Of a stretch of 64,000 bases of DNA, positions 59,990 through 64,000 are shown piece by piece (positions within the stretch are counted from its first letter, which is position 1; the number at the start of each line of letters is the position of its first letter). The DNA is from Macrostomum lignano (Eukaryota), in contig NIVC01001894.1 in assembly GCA_002269645.1 (NCBI GenBank), positions 124,001 to 188,000 on the forward strand. The letters run 5' to 3'. The translations under genes and the position numbers were made by a program. Below the pieces are notes generated by a model. That model saw only the letters and a program-made list of their open reading frames with translations, did no database searches and was not told the DNA's origin.

Positions 59990-60825
59990 GGGTGTCCTGG
60001 ATGCCACAGTCAGGGTAGCGGGAAGGGTGTTCTGGATGCTACAGACAGGGTAGCGGGAAGGGTGTCCTGGATGCCACAGTCAGGGTAGCGGGAAGGGTGT
60101 CCTGGATGCTACAGTCAGGGTAGCGGGAAGGGTGTCCTGGATGCTACAGACAGGGTAGCGGGAAGGGTGTCCTGGATGCTACAGTCAGGGTAGCGGGAAG
60201 GGTGTCCTGGATGCTACAGACAGGGTAGCGGGAAGGGTGTCCTGGATGCTACAGTCAGGGTAGCGGGAAGGGTGTCCTGGATGCTACAGACAGGGTAGCG
60301 GGAAGGGTGTCCTGGATGCTACAGTCAGGGTAGCGGGAAGGGTGTCCTGGATGCTACAGACAGAGTAGCGGGAAGGGTGTTCTGGGTGCTACAGACAGGG
60401 TAGCGGGAAGGGTGTCCTGGATGCTACAGTCAGGGTAGCGGGAAGGGTGTCCTGGATGCTACAGACAGGGTAGCGGGAAGGGTGTCCTGGATGCTACAGA
60501 CAGGGTAGCGGGAAGGGTGTCCTGGATGCTACAGACAGAGTAGCGGGAAGGGTGTCCTGGATGCTACAGACAGGGTAGCGGGAAGGGTGTCCTGGATGCT
60601 ACAGACAGGGTAGCGGGAAGGATGTCCTGGGTGCTACAGACAGGGTAGCGGGAAGGGTGTCCTGGATGCTACAGACAGGGTAGCGGGAAGGATGTCCTGG
60701 ATGCTACAGACAGGGTAGCGGGAAGGGTGTCCTGGATGCTACAGACAGGGTAGCGGGAAGGGTGTCCTGGGTGCTACAGGCAGGGTAGCGGGAAGGGTGT
60801 CCTGGATGCCACAGACAGGGTAGCA
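59990..60825. repeat. 35-bp minisatellite
   Basis: Unit CAGGGTAGCGGGAAGGGTGTCCTGGATGCTACAGA. Confidence 0.95.
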
Positions 60826-61330
60826 GGAACAGGAAGGGAGAGCCAAGGCTTCAATGCAAGAATCAATTGAAAATAAGACTGGGCCAAGCGGTGCCACCAG
60901 ACTCATGCGAGCTGCAGAGTCTACATGTTGAAGAGGAGATAAGAATGGGAAGAAAAATCAATGAAAGCCAGAGAGAAATTTTGCGCATTGAAACTACGAA
61001 AGGATTTTCACAGTCCAAGGCTTTGTTGATAAAAGAATTCTCCCTGTTTGAGGCGGGGGTTGGGTGGGTCAAAAACCCGGAAAATTCAATACTCTGCATT
61101 TCTCCGCGGCTCTCAATAGGGCCTGATTGACAGCTAAGGGTGTATATATAAAGTACAAGCAAGTTTCAGGGCCCATACGCGGTAAGAGTAGTATATTCAA
61201 ATAGTCAATAATTAATGAATACGACTTCATAAAAGCTTCAGATTACCAAAGAAATTCTGGACTATATTTATTACAAAATGCAATTTGAAATGATAAATTT
61301 TGCATGAATCAGGCAGTTCACTGCATAATC

Positions 61331-63026
61331 CTAGGACTTCTTGGCTACAATAGCCAAGCATCTGGGCGACAGTTCGGGCGAGAACAGCTGCAACAGCTCC
61401 GCAGCTACTCCCCTCTCTTTAAGGTACAACTGAAGGTCAACTAAAAGTACAAACTCCAAAACCGGCCTCAGCAGAGTCTGCAATCGATAAACCAGTTCAG
61501 CAAGGCGAAGGTCCCCAGTTCGAGTCTCGGTCTCCCAGACAGTCAGAAGGCGACCCCGAATTGTCGGCCAGTCGACTTCGCCGTTGTCATGACGACCGGC
61601 TGCCTCGTCCAGAGCGGCCAGGTAGGCGGCGAAATCTCCATCGGCTGCAGGCGGGCGGATGCGCCGCAGCAGGCGGTCGGCGTCAGGGCGGGCGGCCAGC
61701 TGCAGCGCGGCCCGGCGCAGGCTGGCGTCAATACGAGCCTGCAGCCTCGTCCTGCCCGTTGCTCCTAGGGGCAGCAGCAGCAGAGTCTCCAGACGCTCCT
61801 GGCAGGCCAGCCGACGGGCCGGGACGCTGGCGAATAGGCGGGCCAAGCCGGGCAGGCGCGACACAGCGGCGCTGACTGGCGCTGAGAGCGCGGACTTGTG
61901 ATAGCAGCAGGGCAGGCAGATCAGGCTGCGCAGCCGCTGGCTGGAGGCGAACAAATCCACCAGACTGTTGGACAGGGAGCCGCAGGCGTGCTGGCCCAGC
62001 GCCAACACCGGACTCGAATTGTCCATCCCGGCTGACAGGCGGTCCAACGCCGACTCAACTGCCAGGCGACAGTCGCGGCCGGGCCGCAGCTCCAGGCACA
62101 GCGTGGCGTCGGCATCAGACGAGGCCAACAGGCGAGCGTCGCGATCGATCAGCAGTGTCCGAGTGTCCGGAAACTGGCTGGACAGCAGGCGGCCGAATCG
62201 GCCGACTCCGGCGCCAACGTCCAGCAGGATTAGGGATGATGATGATGATGAGGAATCGCCGGAGCCACCAGCCAGGCCGGACTCGCCGATGTAGGCCAGC
62301 AGCCTCTCGGCCTCGTGCCGCTTCTTTGGCCGCAGCCGGCGGTACTGGTTTGACGCTGGGCGGGATGGTGGCGGCGGATTAAAGACGGCCGTCTGCTCGG
62401 CGATGTCGGACAGGCAGGAGAACAGCTCGTCAAGGTGCAGCTGCGTCCCGATGCTCTCGGCTGGCAGGGGCCTACCGGACACAGCGGCATTCAGACAGGC
62501 GTCGATCGCTTCAATCAGGCAGTCGGCGTCCTCCGCGGCCACGCGACCTCGCCAGGGCCGCACCAGCAGCGCGTCTGTCCAAGCGAAATCAACCGACCAC
62601 CACAGCTGGTCGAGCAGGCGGTCCAGCCGGTCCAGGAGGCCAGACAGGCGCGGACTGATGCCTGCGAGCGATGACAGGAATGTGTGCGCAGCGGCGGGAT
62701 TCGGCTGCTTGTACCTTTTGCTTCTTTGGTATAGCGATGAGCAGCGACTACTGGCTACAAGGCGGAGTGACAGATTCACTCCTGTGCCATCCTCACTGCC
62801 ATCTCTGCATTGTGTGCCATCCTCACTGCCATCTCTGTAGTCTGTGCCATCCTCACTGCCATCTCTGCATTGTGTGCCATCCTCACTGCCATCTCTGTAG
62901 TCTGTGCCATCCTCACTGCCATCTCTGCATTCTGTGCCATCCTCACTGCCATCTACAAGCATATATGCATGCATTGGTACCTCACCGCCGCGTACACTGA
63001 ATACTCGTACATGCAAGTCTGTCCAT
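61331..63026 (-). CDS. METTL25B: METTL25B/RRNAD1-like class I SAM methyltransferase (Methyltransf_32 type), ~486 aa
   Basis: Model: exon 63026-62986 (acaATGg, GT donor at 62985) plus exon 62750-61331. Motifs: RPKKRHE, LDVGAGVG, GQHACGSL, LPCCYHK, FSPELSPRCL. AATAAA lies ~60 nt after the stop. METTL25 versus METTL25B was judged from recalled motifs only. Confidence 0.8.
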
Positions 63027-64000
63027 TGTTCCACTGCCTATTATTGAGGAAAGATTGATCTAAAAAGCTGAGCAATGCACAAAAGCGCAATGTTTCCTGG
63101 TTGATAAGGACAATAAACGGAGTTTGTGGCACAGAGACAAGAGGGTAAGAAATGACAACCTGTCAAAAGAAGTGAGACAAAGAATGCTTCAGTATAATTG
63201 AGTCAGTCTTTACATCAGAGACTGATGGAGGAGCAAACTATTGTGAATCATAGCACTGACTACTGTATCCAGCATTTGAAAGACTTGTAAACAAATGTGT
63301 GAATTGATCTTTATGCTCAAGTTAAGCATCTACGATCAAGTTATGCTCAAGTTAAGCATTCATGACCAAGATATGCTCAAATTAAGCATTCATGACCAAG
63401 TTATGCTCAAATTAAGCATTCATGACCAAGTTATGCTCAAATTAAGCATTCATGACCAAGTTATGCTCAAATTAAGCATCTATGACAAATTCATGCTAAG
63501 TTAAGCATCTACATATGACCAATTTATGCTCAAGTTAGGCATCTATGACCAATTTATGCTCAAGTTAGGCATCTATGACCAATTTATGCTCAAGTTAGGC
63601 ATCTATGACCAATTTATGCTCAAGTTAAGCATTAAGACCAATTTATGCTCAAATGAAGCATTCATGACCAAGTTATGCTCAAATTAAGCATTCATGACCA
63701 AGTTATGCTCAAATTAAGCATTCATGACCAAGTTATGCTCAAATTAAGCATCTATGACAAATTCATGCTAAGTTAAGCATCTACATATGACCAATTTATG
63801 CTCAAGTTAGGCATCTATGACCAATTTATGCTCAAGTTAGGCCTCTATGACCAATTTATGCTCAAGTTAGGCATCTATGACCAATTTATGCTCAAGTTAG
63901 GCATCTATGACCAATTTATGCTCAAGTTAGGCATCTATGACCAATTTATGCTCAAGTTAAGCATCTATGACCAATTTATGCTCAAGTTAAGCATCTACAT

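Noticed and set aside
63027-63034. 567-aa ORF start (GTG at 63034) as the true methyltransferase N-terminus
   Set aside because: It has a non-ATG start and runs through a tandem array with GT/AG boundaries. The spliced ATG-63026 model is simpler and gives a family-typical length.

Overview
Eukaryotic (animal) genomic DNA with GT-AG introns, GC-rich Ala/Ser/Gln-rich exons and introns packed with minisatellites. The style suggests a flatworm such as Macrostomum, which is inference only. Bases 1 to ~17 kb are an AT-rich field of transposon remnants. Its centrepiece is a 6.7-kb decayed NOF-like Mutator (MULE) element with ~375-bp TIRs, a DDE transposase and a captured Ulp1/C48 (SUMO-type) protease. 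Several MITEs and a SINE with heavy C>T/G>A decay surround it. From 17.7 kb the window holds a 12-exon ATP10-class P4-ATPase (+) and a 70-aa secreted putative neuropeptide precursor (+). A minus-strand cluster follows: NEK11-like kinase, an unknown low-complexity protein, MANBAL-like and METTL25B/RRNAD1-like. A near-identical duplication (offset 5280 bp) places the same putative promoter and first exon upstream of two different genes. Also present are a solo LTR, an internally deleted Tc1-like element, hAT MITEs, two groups of tRNA-derived SINEs and more than 20 tandem arrays. All exon models and alignments were made by hand, with no database searches.
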